Assembly (NCBI GenBank): GCA_963845585.1
Contig: CAWJSL010000003.1
Coordinates: forward strand, 1,438,235-1,502,234
DNA: 64,000 nt
Direction of reading: 5' to 3'
DNA from: an uncultured Acidobacteriaceae bacterium
GTDB lineage: Bacteria; Acidobacteriota; Terriglobia; Terriglobales; Acidobacteriaceae
The position numbers and the translations under genes were made by a program. Under the pieces are notes generated by a model. The model searched no databases. It saw only the letters and a list, made by a program, of their open reading frames with translations, and was not told the DNA's origin. Shown here piece by piece: positions 17,337 to 25,998 of this stretch (the first letter of the stretch is position 1; the number at the start of each line of letters is the position of its first letter).

Positions 17337-17642
17337 GCATCTTCTCTTTTCGGGTAAGTTCCTGTGCTCGATAGTATAGCCGACCGAAGTACCGAGGAAG
17401 TATAGCCGAGGATTCATCGCAGCAATTGCTTCCGCCCAAGTCGAAACCAGTACCCAAAACAATATCCCCCAGCTGCAATTTATGGCCGGTTCTCACGCCG
17501 GGGATGCTAGAATCAGGCTAATTCTTCATAACAGCCCGCTTTCGTCTGCCGGCTTGCGGCGAAAAGGCCCGGCCGGAGTGGAAACCTGTGTGCCGGGCGC
17601 GGCGCGCGGTTGCATCGGGCTTGCGGCGGCTAAGGAGTAACG

Positions 17643-19988
17643 ATGTCATCGGGACCGCTGGTTCCACGAGGTGACGTTCCACAACGCAACGACGGATTGC
17701 GCGAGTTGCTACCCGGCGAACCGGCTGAGTTTCTCAGGCCGGTCGGCCCCGCGCTTTATAACGTCTTGCCGCCGCAGGAATCGACACCGCGCGAATACAT
17801 GCGCGTTCTGATCAAGCGCAAGTGGATGGTGATCGCGATTATCGCGGGCGTCTTCATGGCCGTCGCCGTTGCCAGCCTGCGCCAGACTCCCGTCTACGAC
17901 GCGGTAGGCCGCATCGCCGTCAACAAAGCCGATCCCAACCTCATTGCCTTCAAAAACTCGGCGCCCGACACCGACTACGTTTACGAGCAGAGCGATCTGG
18001 ATACCGAAGTCCGCATCCTGCAAAGCGACCTGCTGGCGCTGCAGGTAATCCGGCAACTGAATCTGGATAAGCGTCCCGAGTTCGGCGGGCATTCCGATCA
18101 AAGGCAAGCCAACCTGGTCGCCGATCCGCTGCAGACCGATTCGAACCGCGCCTCGGCTCTGCTCGCCAGTTTTCATGGAAGGCTCCGCGTCACTCTTATT
18201 CCCAACACTAGGATCATGGAGATTCATTTCACCAGCACCGATCCTCAGCTCGCCGCCAGCGCCGTGAATACCCTCGCGGACACTTATATCAAGCAGAACT
18301 TCCAGACCAAGTTCGAATCCACCATGCAGGCCTCCGACTGGCTTTCCAAACAGCTCGTCGACTTGCAGATGAAAGTGGAAACCTCGCAGGAGAAGCTCGT
18401 GCGCTATCAGAAGGAGCACGAGATTCTCGGGACTGACGAAAAGACGAACATCATCACCGAAAAACTCGACGAACTTAACAAGGAAATGACGATGGCCGAA
18501 TCGGACCGCATGCAGAAAGAAGCCGTCTATCGCCAGACCCAGTCCAACGATCCGGAAGCCATCGCGGCCGCGATCGTCTCCGATAGCGCAGCCGGCGCCA
18601 GCGGCGCAACTTCCGGGCTCCTCGACAAGTTGCGCGAACAGCAGGTTAGTCTCAGAATCCAGGTCGCCGAACTCAGCACCCAGTTCGGTCCCGCGTATCC
18701 GAAAATCGCGCAGCTCAATAGCCAACTGAAGGAGATTGACCGCCAGCTTCAATCGGAAACTAACAAGGCCGTCGATCGCCTCAAGGGACAGTATCTGGCC
18801 GCTTTGCAGCGCGAAAATATGTTGCGTGGCTCCTTTGAAAAACAAAAACAGGAAGCTAACAAGCTCAACGAGAGCGCCATCGAGTACAGCATCCTGAAGC
18901 GCGACCTGGACAGCAACCGGACGCTCTACGAGGGATTGCTGGAAAAACTGAAAGAAGCCGGCGTTACCGCCGGATTGCGTTCCAATAACTTTCGCATCAT
19001 TGATGCGGCCCGTGTCCCCACTTCTCCCAGCGAACCCAACATTCCGCGCAACTTGTCTTTCGCGCTCGTGCTGGGAGTCATCGCCAGCATCGGCCTGGCC
19101 TTCCTGCTCGAGAACATGGACAACACCGTCCGCATCCCCGAGCAGGCACAAGCGATCTCAGGCCTTCCCTCTCTCGGTATGATCCCGTTCGGCTCCAAGT
19201 CCGCAGGTTATGGATCGGCGGGCAAGCGGCTGGCTTTGACTGCCTCCAGCGAAGTGGTGGAGACCGTAACCCAGGTTCGCCCCCAGTCGCAGATGGCCGA
19301 ATCGTATCGCGCCCTGCGCACTTCGCTTCTGCTCTCCAATCTGGGAGCGCCGCCTAAAGTCATCATGGTGACCAGCGCCCGTCCGCAGGAAGGCAAGACC
19401 ACGACCAGCATCAATACCGCCATCGTGCTCGCGCAAAAGGGAGTCCGCGTTCTCCTGGTGGATGCCGACTTGCGCCGCCCCAGTATTCACAAGACTCTGG
19501 GCATGGGCCCGCGCAGCGGTCTCAGCAACGTGCTGACCGGAAGCGCCACCCTGCAGCAGACCATTACGACCTCTCCGATCCTGCCCAATCTTTTCATCAT
19601 GCCCGCGGGTACGCCGCCTCCCAACCCTGCCGAGTTGCTGGCCTCCTCCAACATGCGGGACCTGCTCGCGGAGTTGCGTCAACAGTTCGACCACATCGTG
19701 ATCGACACTCCCCCAACCCTTTCCGTCACCGACGCGGTCGTGCTCTCGCCCCGCGCCGACGCCACCATCCTGGTAATTCGTTCCGGCCAGACCACCAAAC
19801 AAGCGCTGCGCCGTTCCCGCGACATATTGACGCAGGTCAATGCTCACGTAGCCGGCGTGCTCCTGAACGCCGTGGATCTAACCTCTCCCGATTATTATTA
19901 CTATTACGAGTATCAGGGCAAATATAGTCACTACTATCAGGAAGAAGCTGCCAGCCCGGGGAACGCAGAGGAACCGAAGGCGGGTTGA
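17643..19988 (+). CDS. Polysaccharide co-polymerase / BY-kinase (Wzc/GumC-type chain-length determinant fused to tyrosine autokinase)
   Basis: 781 aa with two TM segments flanking a coiled-coil periplasmic region.
- Walker A: RPQEGKTTTSINTA.
- Walker A': LLVDADLRRP.
- Walker B: IVIDTPP.
- C-terminal tyrosine cluster: DYYYYYEYQGKYSHYYQEE.

RBS aaggag precedes the ATG. Confidence 0.9.
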   Translation: MSSGPLVPRGDVPQRNDGLRELLPGEPAEFLRPVGPALYNVLPPQESTPREYMRVLIKRKWMVIAIIAGVFMAVAVASLRQTPVYDAVGRIAVNKADPNLIAFKNSAPDTDYVYEQSDLDTEVRILQSDLLALQVIRQLNLDKRPEFGGHSDQRQANLVADPLQTDSNRASALLASFHGRLRVTLIPNTRIMEIHFTSTDPQLAASAVNTLADTYIKQNFQTKFESTMQASDWLSKQLVDLQMKVETSQEKLVRYQKEHEILGTDEKTNIITEKLDELNKEMTMAESDRMQKEAVYRQTQSNDPEAIAAAIVSDSAAGASGATSGLLDKLREQQVSLRIQVAELSTQFGPAYPKIAQLNSQLKEIDRQLQSETNKAVDRLKGQYLAALQRENMLRGSFEKQKQEANKLNESAIEYSILKRDLDSNRTLYEGLLEKLKEAGVTAGLRSNNFRIIDAARVPTSPSEPNIPRNLSFALVLGVIASIGLAFLLENMDNTVRIPEQAQAISGLPSLGMIPFGSKSAGYGSAGKRLALTASSEVVETVTQVRPQSQMAESYRALRTSLLLSNLGAPPKVIMVTSARPQEGKTTTSINTAIVLAQKGVRVLLVDADLRRPSIHKTLGMGPRSGLSNVLTGSATLQQTITTSPILPNLFIMPAGTPPPNPAELLASSNMRDLLAELRQQFDHIVIDTPPTLSVTDAVVLSPRADATILVIRSGQTTKQALRRSRDILTQVNAHVAGVLLNAVDLTSPDYYYYYEYQGKYSHYYQEEAASPGNAEEPKAG

Positions 19989-20094
19989 GGCGGTGGGTTT
20001 CGCCGCGCGAGCGATTGAGGTACGCTCTTCAACATCTGGAGAGTTCAATGAACTGAATTCCCCGTCAGATGGCGGACCTGACGGGTAACGTGAC

Positions 20095-21408
20095 ATGGCC
20101 ATTCTACTTTCAAACCGGCGGCGTTGGCAGTTCGCTGCCGGCGTGGCTTTTGTGGCGTGCGTCTATATTTTATTGACCGGCGCAGAGTTTGCCGCCAGCG
20201 TGTTCGCTTCGAGTGCGGAGTTGCCCAAGCTGGAGCGCGCGGTGCGCCTCTCGCCGGGAAACGCGGACTATCGCCATCGGCTCGGGCGCTACCTGGCATT
20301 TGTTGCCGGTGATTCTCAGTCCGCCATCCACAGCCTTCGAGCCGCGGTTGAGCTCAACCCCCACGATGCCCGTTATTGGTTCGATCTGGCAGCCGCCTAT
20401 CAGGTCACCGGAGACCTCACTGGCCGGCGAGCGGCACTGGATCGCGCTTTGCAGGCCGAGCCCACGGCGCCCGATGTGGCGTGGGAAGCGGCGAATTTTT
20501 TTCTCATCGACGGCGATATCGACCGCGCGCTGCGCGAATTCCGCGTCGTTATCGAGAACGACATCGGGTTGAAGGACGCTGCCCTGCTTGCCTGCTGGCG
20601 CGCGCGTCCTGACACGGACGCTCTACTCCGCGACGTGGTGCCGGCCCGCCCCGATTCCCTGCTTTCTTTTCTCACCTTGTTAAGGACCAAGCAGGAAACC
20701 GAGGGCACCATTAAAACCTGGAACCGGCTCGCCCAGTTGCACGAGAAATTCGAGAACCGCTATTTGTACGATTACGTGAGTTATCTCATTGGGGTGCGTC
20801 GTCCCGACGCCGCCATGTCTGCCTGGGAGCAAACCGCTGACGTTCTTGGCCTCTCTGCCTACCTGCCCACGGAGGATAACCTGGTGGTGAACGGCGATTT
20901 CAGCCTCAACGTCCTGAACGGAGGTTTCGACTGGACTTACAGCCATCGAGAAGGCGTTACTCCAGTGCTCGATCCGAGCGACTTCCGCCAGGGTCATCGC
21001 TCTCTTTTCCTCAACTTCTTAGGCCCGCGTATCAGCGACGCGGGAATCCAACAACTGATTCCGGTGCGCGGCGCAACCACTTACGACTTCTCCGCGTATT
21101 ACAAGTCGGCGGACTTTGAGGGAGCGGGCGGACCCGAGATCGTTCTGCGAGATGCTTACACCGGCGCGCCGCTCTATGCCAGCGACCCCCTCAACGATGC
21201 CGACTTCTGGAAGGAAGTTCACTCGAAAGTCACGACCCCGAACTCCACCACGCTGCTGGTGCTGGTTATCGAGCGCTTCCCGGCCGGCTCGCCGATTCGC
21301 GGCAAGCTTTGGTTGGACGATTTCGAACTTTCTCCCGAGCTTTCTCCCGAACTCTCTCCCGATAATTCTCCCGGCAATTCCGCCGGTAATTCCAAGGACA
21401 AACCGTGA
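20095..21408 (+). CDS. Membrane-anchored TPR-repeat protein with C-terminal jelly-roll (CBM4_9-like) domain and tetrapeptide-repeat tail
   Basis: N-terminal TM segment. TPR-like helices (AVELNPHDARYWFDLAAAY...). C-terminal NLVVNGDFS...WLDDFELS resembles a carbohydrate-binding jelly roll. Tail is LSPELSPELSPDNSPGNSAGNS. GTGA overlap with the next gene. Confidence 0.7.
   Translation: MAILLSNRRRWQFAAGVAFVACVYILLTGAEFAASVFASSAELPKLERAVRLSPGNADYRHRLGRYLAFVAGDSQSAIHSLRAAVELNPHDARYWFDLAAAYQVTGDLTGRRAALDRALQAEPTAPDVAWEAANFFLIDGDIDRALREFRVVIENDIGLKDAALLACWRARPDTDALLRDVVPARPDSLLSFLTLLRTKQETEGTIKTWNRLAQLHEKFENRYLYDYVSYLIGVRRPDAAMSAWEQTADVLGLSAYLPTEDNLVVNGDFSLNVLNGGFDWTYSHREGVTPVLDPSDFRQGHRSLFLNFLGPRISDAGIQQLIPVRGATTYDFSAYYKSADFEGAGGPEIVLRDAYTGAPLYASDPLNDADFWKEVHSKVTTPNSTTLLVLVIERFPAGSPIRGKLWLDDFELSPELSPELSPDNSPGNSAGNSKDKP
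21338..21400 (+). repeat. 12-nt tandem repeat (about 5.5 units) encoding (L/N)SP(E/D/G) tetrapeptides
   Basis: ctttctcccgag ctttctcccgaa ctctctcccgat aattctcccggc aattccgccggt aattcc, at the 3' end of the TPR gene. Confidence 0.85.
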
Positions 21409-22772
21409 GTTCCGCCCTGGCAACGCAACCTGAACCCGCGCCCGTCACTAAAGCGCCGCGGCCACGACTTACCAACACCGCGCTGCTGATGGGCGCTTGC
21501 GCCGTGCTCTTGCTCGGGCCGCTCGCCTTTGGAGCGGTCGAACCCTGGTCCATTTTTGCCTTGGAGGCGTGTGCCATGCTGCTGCTGGCGGGTTGGGCGT
21601 CTCGCCAGTGGATGAATCGTGAACTCCAAATCTCCGATAACGCGCTCTACCGCCCCATGGCGGCCTTTTTTGTGCTGGCGCTGGTGCAGCGGTTGGTTGG
21701 AACGACGGCCTACCGTCACGTGACCTACTCTCACTTGCTGCTCTACGCTGCTTACGGCATGTTGGCGTTTGTAGTGACCCAGACGCTGCGTCGATCCTCT
21801 CAGTTTGATCTAATGGCCAAGTTGTTCACGGGTTATGGGGCGGCAGTGGCTTCGTTTGCCGTGCTGCAAGGTTTGGCGCCGAATGGAAAGCTTTACTGGA
21901 TCCGGGCTCTGGAGCAGGGGGGCTCGATTTATGGGCCCTACGTCAATCGCAATCACTACGCCGGCCTGATGGAGATGCTCACGCCCTTCCCCCTGGTGCT
22001 GGCCGCAACTCGCTTCACGGACGGGAACCGCAAGCTTGCAGTGGCGGGCATCGCGGCGCTGATGGCCGGAAGTATTTTTCTTTCCGGCTCGCGCGGAGGC
22101 ATGGCGGCGTTCGCCGCGCAGATGGTGGTGCTGGGCGTGCTCCTGGTTCGCAAGCGCGCAGGAGGTTGGAAACAGCCCCTCATGCTGGGCGCGTTTCTGG
22201 CGATGGTGATTGTTTTTCTGGTCTGGATGGGTAGCAACGAACTCACCCAGCGCCTGGCCAGCATTCACACCGAAGCACGCGAAGAACTTAGCGGAGGGGT
22301 TCGCCTCACCATCGACCGCGACTGCTTGCGCATGTTTGCCAAGCGGCCGCTTCTCGGTTGGGGACTCGGCGCCTTTCCCATCGTGTATCCGGAATTTCGC
22401 AGTTTTTACACCACCTTCTTCGTGAACCAGGCGCACAACGATTATCTGCAACTGCTGGTCGAGACCGGCCTGACCGGATTCGCCATCGCGATCTGGTTCC
22501 TGGTGCTGGTCTTCCGCCACGCCGCACGCAAGCTTGAGAATTGGACCGAGACCGCGAGCGGCGCGCTGACCATGGCCGCTCTGCTCGGGTGTGTGGGAAT
22601 CCTGGTGCACAGCTTTCTCGATTTCAATCTGCAGATTCCGGCCAACGCAGCGCTGTTTTACGTTCTCTGCGCGATCGCCGCCTCCGCGCCGCTGCAGGAA
22701 TCCCAGCGCCGGCGCGTGCTTCGGAGACATAGTATGGTCGCGGAGTCCCGCCCGGAAACCCCGGCATCGTGA
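21405..22772 (+). CDS. O-antigen ligase / polymerase family (Wzy_C domain) membrane protein
   Basis: 455 aa, multi-TM. Motifs GPYVNRNHYAGLMEML and QAHNDYLQLLVETGLTGF are typical of the O-antigen ligase family. Confidence 0.85.
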   Translation: MSSALATQPEPAPVTKAPRPRLTNTALLMGACAVLLLGPLAFGAVEPWSIFALEACAMLLLAGWASRQWMNRELQISDNALYRPMAAFFVLALVQRLVGTTAYRHVTYSHLLLYAAYGMLAFVVTQTLRRSSQFDLMAKLFTGYGAAVASFAVLQGLAPNGKLYWIRALEQGGSIYGPYVNRNHYAGLMEMLTPFPLVLAATRFTDGNRKLAVAGIAALMAGSIFLSGSRGGMAAFAAQMVVLGVLLVRKRAGGWKQPLMLGAFLAMVIVFLVWMGSNELTQRLASIHTEAREELSGGVRLTIDRDCLRMFAKRPLLGWGLGAFPIVYPEFRSFYTTFFVNQAHNDYLQLLVETGLTGFAIAIWFLVLVFRHAARKLENWTETASGALTMAALLGCVGILVHSFLDFNLQIPANAALFYVLCAIAASAPLQESQRRRVLRRHSMVAESRPETPAS

Positions 22773-22915
22773 GCGCTGATTGTTACAAAGACAGATTTCC
22801 CAACCTGCCGAGCGAAGAGGCTGGAAGTACGACCTCACTCCCCATGCCCCAAAAGATGCCGCCCCGCAGTAACCCCCAGCGAGTTTTAGCATCCAAATAA
22901 ATAGCCGTTTTCGCA

Positions 22916-22924
22916 TGTTATACT
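22916..22924 (+). promoter_or_regulatory. Possible extended -10 promoter element (TGtTATACT) upstream of the S41 peptidase gene
   Basis: Sequence read directly, about 55 nt upstream of ATG 22979. No good -35 is present, and acidobacterial promoter rules are poorly known. Confidence 0.25.
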
Positions 22925-22978
22925 CTATTAAATGGGGTGGCTGGGTCCCTGCACGTCCCCGCCCGAGGATTTCGAAAC

Positions 22979-24574
22979 ATGGCCGGTAGCTCTCGTCGAT
23001 CGCTCTTCCTGATAGTTTTTGTCCTTGCCGCGTTCGGTTTGCTGGGAATGTTGTTCGCGCAGAGAATCAGCCCGGCAACCACGCCCAGCACCGACTCCAA
23101 CGTCCGCGACAGCTTGAAGCAGTTCACCGAGGTCTACGAAGCGGTCGAGCAGAACTATGCCGACCCGGTGAATGCCGACAAGGCAATTTATGACGGCGCC
23201 ATCCCCAGCATGTTGCACCAGCTCGACCCCCACTCCAACTTTTTCGATCCGAAATCCTATTCCGCGCTTCGCGAAGAGCAGCGCGGCAAGTATTACGGCG
23301 TGGGCATGTCGGTCGGCCCGCGCAACAATAAAGTCATCGTCCTCGCTCCCTTCGTCGGCACCCCGGCCTATCGCGCCGGCATTCGCCCGGGCGACATTAT
23401 CGCCGCCATCGACGGCAAGCCCACCGACAACATGAGCACCTCCGACGTTGCCGATCTGCTCAAGGGACCGAAGGGCACCACCGTCCGCATCACCATGTTG
23501 CGCGAAGGCTCCGATCATCCGCTCGAATTCAGCGTGGTCCGCGACGAGATTCCGCGCTACAGCGTGGACCTGCACTTCATGATCAAGCCCGGCATCGGTT
23601 ACATGCACGTCTCCGGATTCCAGGAAACCACCGAGCATGAGGTGGCCGAAGCGCTCGATCAGATGGGCGATCTGAAAGGCCTGATCCTCGATCTCCGGCT
23701 GAATCCCGGAGGCCTGCTCAGTGAAGGCGTCGGCGTCGCCGACAAATTCCTGAAGAAGGGTCAGTTGATCGTCACGCACCACGGCCGTTCGTCACCGGAA
23801 AAACGATACGTCGCGGCTCGCGGCAACGGTGGCAAGGATTATCCACTGGTGGTGCTGGTTAATCGCGGCACCGCGTCCGCCGCCGAAATTGTCGCCGGTG
23901 CCATCCAGGATCACGACCGCGGCCTCATCGTCGGTGAAGTAACCTTCGGCAAGGGATTGGTGCAAACCGTGTATCCGCTGGCCGAAAATACCGGCCTAGC
24001 CCTCACCACCGCGAAGTATTACACCCCCAGCGGACGCTTGATCCAGCGCGATTACTCCAACCTCTCTCTCTATGATTATTACTACAATCGCGAGAGCGAA
24101 GAGAACAATGCCAACCACGAAGTGAAACTTACCGATGGCGGACGCACCGTCTATGGCGGCGGCGGGATCACTCCCGATGTGAAGTTGGCGCCTTACAAGC
24201 CCAGTAAGTTCCAGGACTCGTTGCTCCAGCACTACGCCCTGTTTAATTTTGCCAAGCGCTATGCGCTCAATCACAAGATCGCGCAGAATTTTGAAGTGGA
24301 CGAAGCGCTGCTGCAGGAGTTCCGCACATTCCTCGACGAAGAGAAAATTGCCTACACTGAAGCCGAGATGATCGAGAACAACGATTGGCTGCGCTCCGGC
24401 CTCAAGAGCGAACTCTTCGTGGACGCCTTCGGCCAGGAAGAAGGCTTAAAGGTACGGGCGGAAACCGATCCCGATGTGATCAAGGCTCTGGACTTGCTGC
24501 CGCAAGCGCGCGCTCTGGCAGACAATGCCAAGAAGGTGGTCGCGGAACGGAACTCGGCGCCGGTCACGCGCTAG
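22979..24574 (+). CDS. S41 family carboxyl-terminal processing peptidase (Ctp/Prc-like) with PDZ domain
   Basis: Catalytic Ser region NRGTASAAEIVAGAIQD and Lys region VTFGKG. Signal-anchor MAGSSRRSLFLIVFVLAAFGLLG. ATG 22979 is preferred over GTG 22937. Confidence 0.9.
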   Translation: MAGSSRRSLFLIVFVLAAFGLLGMLFAQRISPATTPSTDSNVRDSLKQFTEVYEAVEQNYADPVNADKAIYDGAIPSMLHQLDPHSNFFDPKSYSALREEQRGKYYGVGMSVGPRNNKVIVLAPFVGTPAYRAGIRPGDIIAAIDGKPTDNMSTSDVADLLKGPKGTTVRITMLREGSDHPLEFSVVRDEIPRYSVDLHFMIKPGIGYMHVSGFQETTEHEVAEALDQMGDLKGLILDLRLNPGGLLSEGVGVADKFLKKGQLIVTHHGRSSPEKRYVAARGNGGKDYPLVVLVNRGTASAAEIVAGAIQDHDRGLIVGEVTFGKGLVQTVYPLAENTGLALTTAKYYTPSGRLIQRDYSNLSLYDYYYNRESEENNANHEVKLTDGGRTVYGGGGITPDVKLAPYKPSKFQDSLLQHYALFNFAKRYALNHKIAQNFEVDEALLQEFRTFLDEEKIAYTEAEMIENNDWLRSGLKSELFVDAFGQEEGLKVRAETDPDVIKALDLLPQARALADNAKKVVAERNSAPVTR

Positions 24575-24600
24575 CCAAGCCTTATTTCGATTCTCATTTC

Positions 24601-24628
24601 AGGCCCGGGCGACCGGGCCTTTTGTTTT
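24601..24628 (+). terminator. Rho-independent terminator after the S41 peptidase gene
   Basis: aggcccgg gcga ccgggcct followed by tttgtttt. Confidence 0.8.
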
Positions 24629-24641
24629 GCTCAAAGCAAGC

Positions 24642-24720
24642 AGCTCTCAGTTTCCAGTTCTCAGCGGCATTCAGTCGACAAACTGATTTTACTGACAACT
24701 GGGTACTGGGTACTGAGAAC
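24642..24720. repeat. Tandem-heptamer inverted-arm element (AGYTYTC / ACTGRGW flavour)
   Basis: - Left arm: agctctc agtttcc agttctc agcggca.
- Right arm: actgaca actgggt actgggt actgaga.

Lies directly after the canonical terminator. Confidence 0.8.
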
Positions 24721-24767
24721 TTTCTCTTGAGTGCAGCCTCCGAAAGCCCTAAAGTACAGGCAGCGAA

Positions 24768-25349
24768 ATGCGCGGAGGCGCCCGTCTGCCAGCGGCAATC
24801 ATGCTTCAATCTGGACCATGGTTTCAATCCGGACCATGGATTCCCGCGGTGCTGGTAGCGATGGGTGCGGGAATTCTCGATTGGCGCTACCGGCGGATTC
24901 CGAACTGGCTCACCCTGTCGGGCTTCGCGGCCGGCGTCGCGGTCAACACCATTCTGTTTCACTGGCCGGGGCTGAAAGCCGCGTTGCTGGGGACGGCATT
25001 GGGTCTTGGGCTGCTCCTGCCTTTCGTGATGATCCGCAGCCTCGGCGCCGGCGACTGGAAACTCGCCGGCGCCTTGGGAGCCTGTCTAGGTCCGCGGCAA
25101 CTACTCTCGGTGCTCATAGGCACGATTCTGGTTGCGGGAGTCATGGCGCTCGCCGTGGTCGTCTGGAAAGGGCGGCTGACACGCACGCTCTTGAACATCG
25201 CGCATTTGCTGGCGGCGTTGTTTACTCTGCGGATGCCTGGGCCTGAGGTATCGCTCGACGATCCGCAGTCCACAAAAATTCCCTTCGGCGTGGCCATGGC
25301 CGTCACGGTGTTGTTTTACGGGATGGGAAGAGCGATGGGGAAATTGTGA
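24768..25349 (+). CDS. A24-family prepilin peptidase (CpaA/TadV type)
   Basis: Catalytic Asp contexts GILDWRYRRIPNWL and SLGAGDWKLAGALGA. Multi-TM, 193 aa. An alternative ATG at 24801 is possible. Confidence 0.8.
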   Translation: MRGGARLPAAIMLQSGPWFQSGPWIPAVLVAMGAGILDWRYRRIPNWLTLSGFAAGVAVNTILFHWPGLKAALLGTALGLGLLLPFVMIRSLGAGDWKLAGALGACLGPRQLLSVLIGTILVAGVMALAVVVWKGRLTRTLLNIAHLLAALFTLRMPGPEVSLDDPQSTKIPFGVAMAVTVLFYGMGRAMGKL

Positions 25350-25385
25350 TCTGTAATTTGTGATATTTGTAATTTGCGATTTGTA
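25342..25385 (+). repeat. One-armed tandem heptamer array (ATTTGTR flavour)
   Basis: aattgtg atctgta atttgtg atatttgta atttgcg atttgta. Starts inside the last codons of the prepilin peptidase gene. No inverted partner nearby. Confidence 0.8.
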
Positions 25386-25400
25386 GTCCATTTATAATTT

Positions 25401-25424
25401 GTCATCCTGAGCGAAGCGAAGGAC
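25401..25424 (+). repeat. Solo half-copy of the GTCATCCTGAGCGAAGCGAAGG palindromic element
   Basis: gtcatcctgagcgaagcgaaggac. Identical arm to 41188-41210. The second arm is absent. Confidence 0.85.
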
Positions 25425-25431
25425 CTGCTGT

Positions 25432-25998
25432 TTGCTGATCAAACGAATCGCGCGCCAACTCGGAAACACTGACGGGGCGGAGATCGCCGAGGCCGCGCTG
25501 GTCCTGCCGTTGGTGTTCATGCTTCTGCTGGGCGCCGTCTGGTTTGGACGAGCCTTCAACATCTACTCAACCATCCAGCAGGCGGCGCAGCAGGGAGCGA
25601 TCGCCGCGGCGCGCGCGTCGTGCGCCACGTGCCCCGGCGGAAATACCTTTCCCCAACCTGCCGCCGTCGACGCCGTGGTTGCGGCGGTGATGCAGGCGTC
25701 CAATCTCAGTCCCAGCCAGATCCAACTGCCGCCCAATCCTCCAAATTGTGCCACCGGACAACCTTGCAGCGCGTGCCCGCCACCGTTTCCGCCGGGTGGG
25801 TGTGCGACCGCGGCAAGCAACAATATCTATGTCTGCCAAAATGTGCAACTGAATCCCACCGCCGGTAACGCCCAGCCCATACAATGTGGAACCGTGGTCA
25901 GCTTTCAATATCCATTTCAGTTCTACCTGCCTTTCACTTCCCTCAACATGCAAAACATTATTTTGTCGGCGCAAGCACAGAGCAGGATGGAGAACTAG
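25432..25998 (+). CDS. TadE-like pseudopilin (Flp pilus assembly)
   Basis: N-terminus ...NTDGAEIAEAALVLPLVFMLLLGAVWFGRAF matches the TadE-like G/xxxxE(A/F) hydrophobic N-terminal domain. TTG start. Confidence 0.75.
   Translation: MLIKRIARQLGNTDGAEIAEAALVLPLVFMLLLGAVWFGRAFNIYSTIQQAAQQGAIAAARASCATCPGGNTFPQPAAVDAVVAAVMQASNLSPSQIQLPPNPPNCATGQPCSACPPPFPPGGCATAASNNIYVCQNVQLNPTAGNAQPIQCGTVVSFQYPFQFYLPFTSLNMQNIILSAQAQSRMEN

Noticed and set aside
17440-17642. Sigma-54 or sigma-70 promoter call in the divergent pseB/wzc spacer (for example tggccggttctcacgc and gctagaat).
   Set aside because: The GG/GC spacing does not fit -24/-12, and the TAGAAT box has no suitably spaced -35. This is too weak to report as a feature.
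17709-19151. Long antisense ORFs: 17709..19151(-), 720..1682(+), 1951..3288(+), 21810..22916(-), 22928..23782(-), 31218..32255(+), 35886..37139(+), 37577..38557(+), 38512..40164(+), 41211..42251(+), 44417..45319(+), 50343..51236(+) and 51774..52973(+).
   Set aside because: Each lies opposite a gene with clear family motifs. Their translations are Arg/Gly/Ala/Pro-rich with no motifs. This is the usual shadow-ORF pattern of high-GC DNA.
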